Assembly: GCA_965220075.1 (NCBI GenBank)
Contig: OZ244806.1
Coordinates: 2,519,925-2,583,924, forward strand
From: Chloroflexota bacterium
GTDB taxonomy: Bacteria > Chloroflexota > UBA11872
Direction: 5' to 3'
Length of the DNA: 64,000 nt
The notes under the pieces were generated by a model, which saw only the letters and a program-made list of their open reading frames with translations, was not told the DNA's origin and did no database searches. Position numbers and translations under genes: made by a program. Shown here piece by piece: positions 63,863 to 64,000 of the stretch. The stretch's first letter is position 1; each line of letters starts with the position of its first letter.

Positions 63863-64000
63863 GCGGTAGTTTAGGCCGCGTCCGGCACGTGCACCTGCGT
63901 CCGCCAGCGATCGCGCTCGGAGACAACGTGACTCTCGGTGAGCGAGAGGCATTATCTACCGACGGCTCACTCTTCGGTACGCCACCATCCCGCCGACTAC

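Overview
This is a high-GC (about 65-70%) bacterial chromosomal window with dense housekeeping and metabolic genes interrupted by lower-GC accessory patches. The 5' third (1-25 kb) holds core-like genes: an HlyD adaptor with an FtsX/MacB-type permease, tRNA-Pro, a class-III aminotransferase, a BNR/sialidase-like protein, a penicillin-acylase-family Ntn hydrolase, an unusual Nudix-eIF2B-like fusion, Nif3, an isochorismatase-family hydrolase, an aldo/keto reductase, an M20 peptidase, a sarcosine-oxidase-like flavoenzyme, an M19 dipeptidase, an NfeD-flotillin operon and a D-2-hydroxyacid dehydrogenase. Two toxin-antitoxin modules (higBA, phd-doc) sit among them, each bracketed by a REP-like palindrome (GGTGGCCCGACC-TTCA-GGTCGGGCCACC). 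From about 25.2 to 32.1 kb lies a lower-GC defense/mobile patch: a VapC relic, a two-gene Gabija-like cassette (OLD-family ATPase+TOPRIM GajA-like with a degenerate P-loop, then a UvrD-like GajB-like helicase), a MazEF-type TA pair, a MITE-like repeat, an IS481-family IS and a small PD-(D/E)xK-like ORF. From about 35.9 to 56.6 kb there is a probable degraded genomic island inserted at tRNA-Thr(GGT). Its far end is a 45-nt direct repeat of the tRNA 3' half, and both ends carry recurring arm-like motifs. The cargo is patchy-GC: a sulfatase-like enzyme, a GMC oxidoreductase, a DUF2207-like membrane protein, tandem GHL10-like paralogs, two ankyrin-repeat proteins and many gene fragments (O-methyltransferase, GH116, IS5 transposase, integrase, DUF488, pseudouridine synthase, homocysteine methyltransferase). 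Downstream are bcp, a cupin gene, tRNA-Thr(TGT), an intact tyrosine integrase with excisionase, a vWA relic, and an IS5-family IS with a frameshifted transposase. The 16-bp terminal inverted repeats of that IS are shared by at least three MITE-like copies elsewhere in the window. A tRNA-like gene with a non-canonical T-stem lies at the 3' edge. No CRISPR arrays or rRNA genes were seen. Many long ORFs in the supplied track are GC-driven antisense artefacts.
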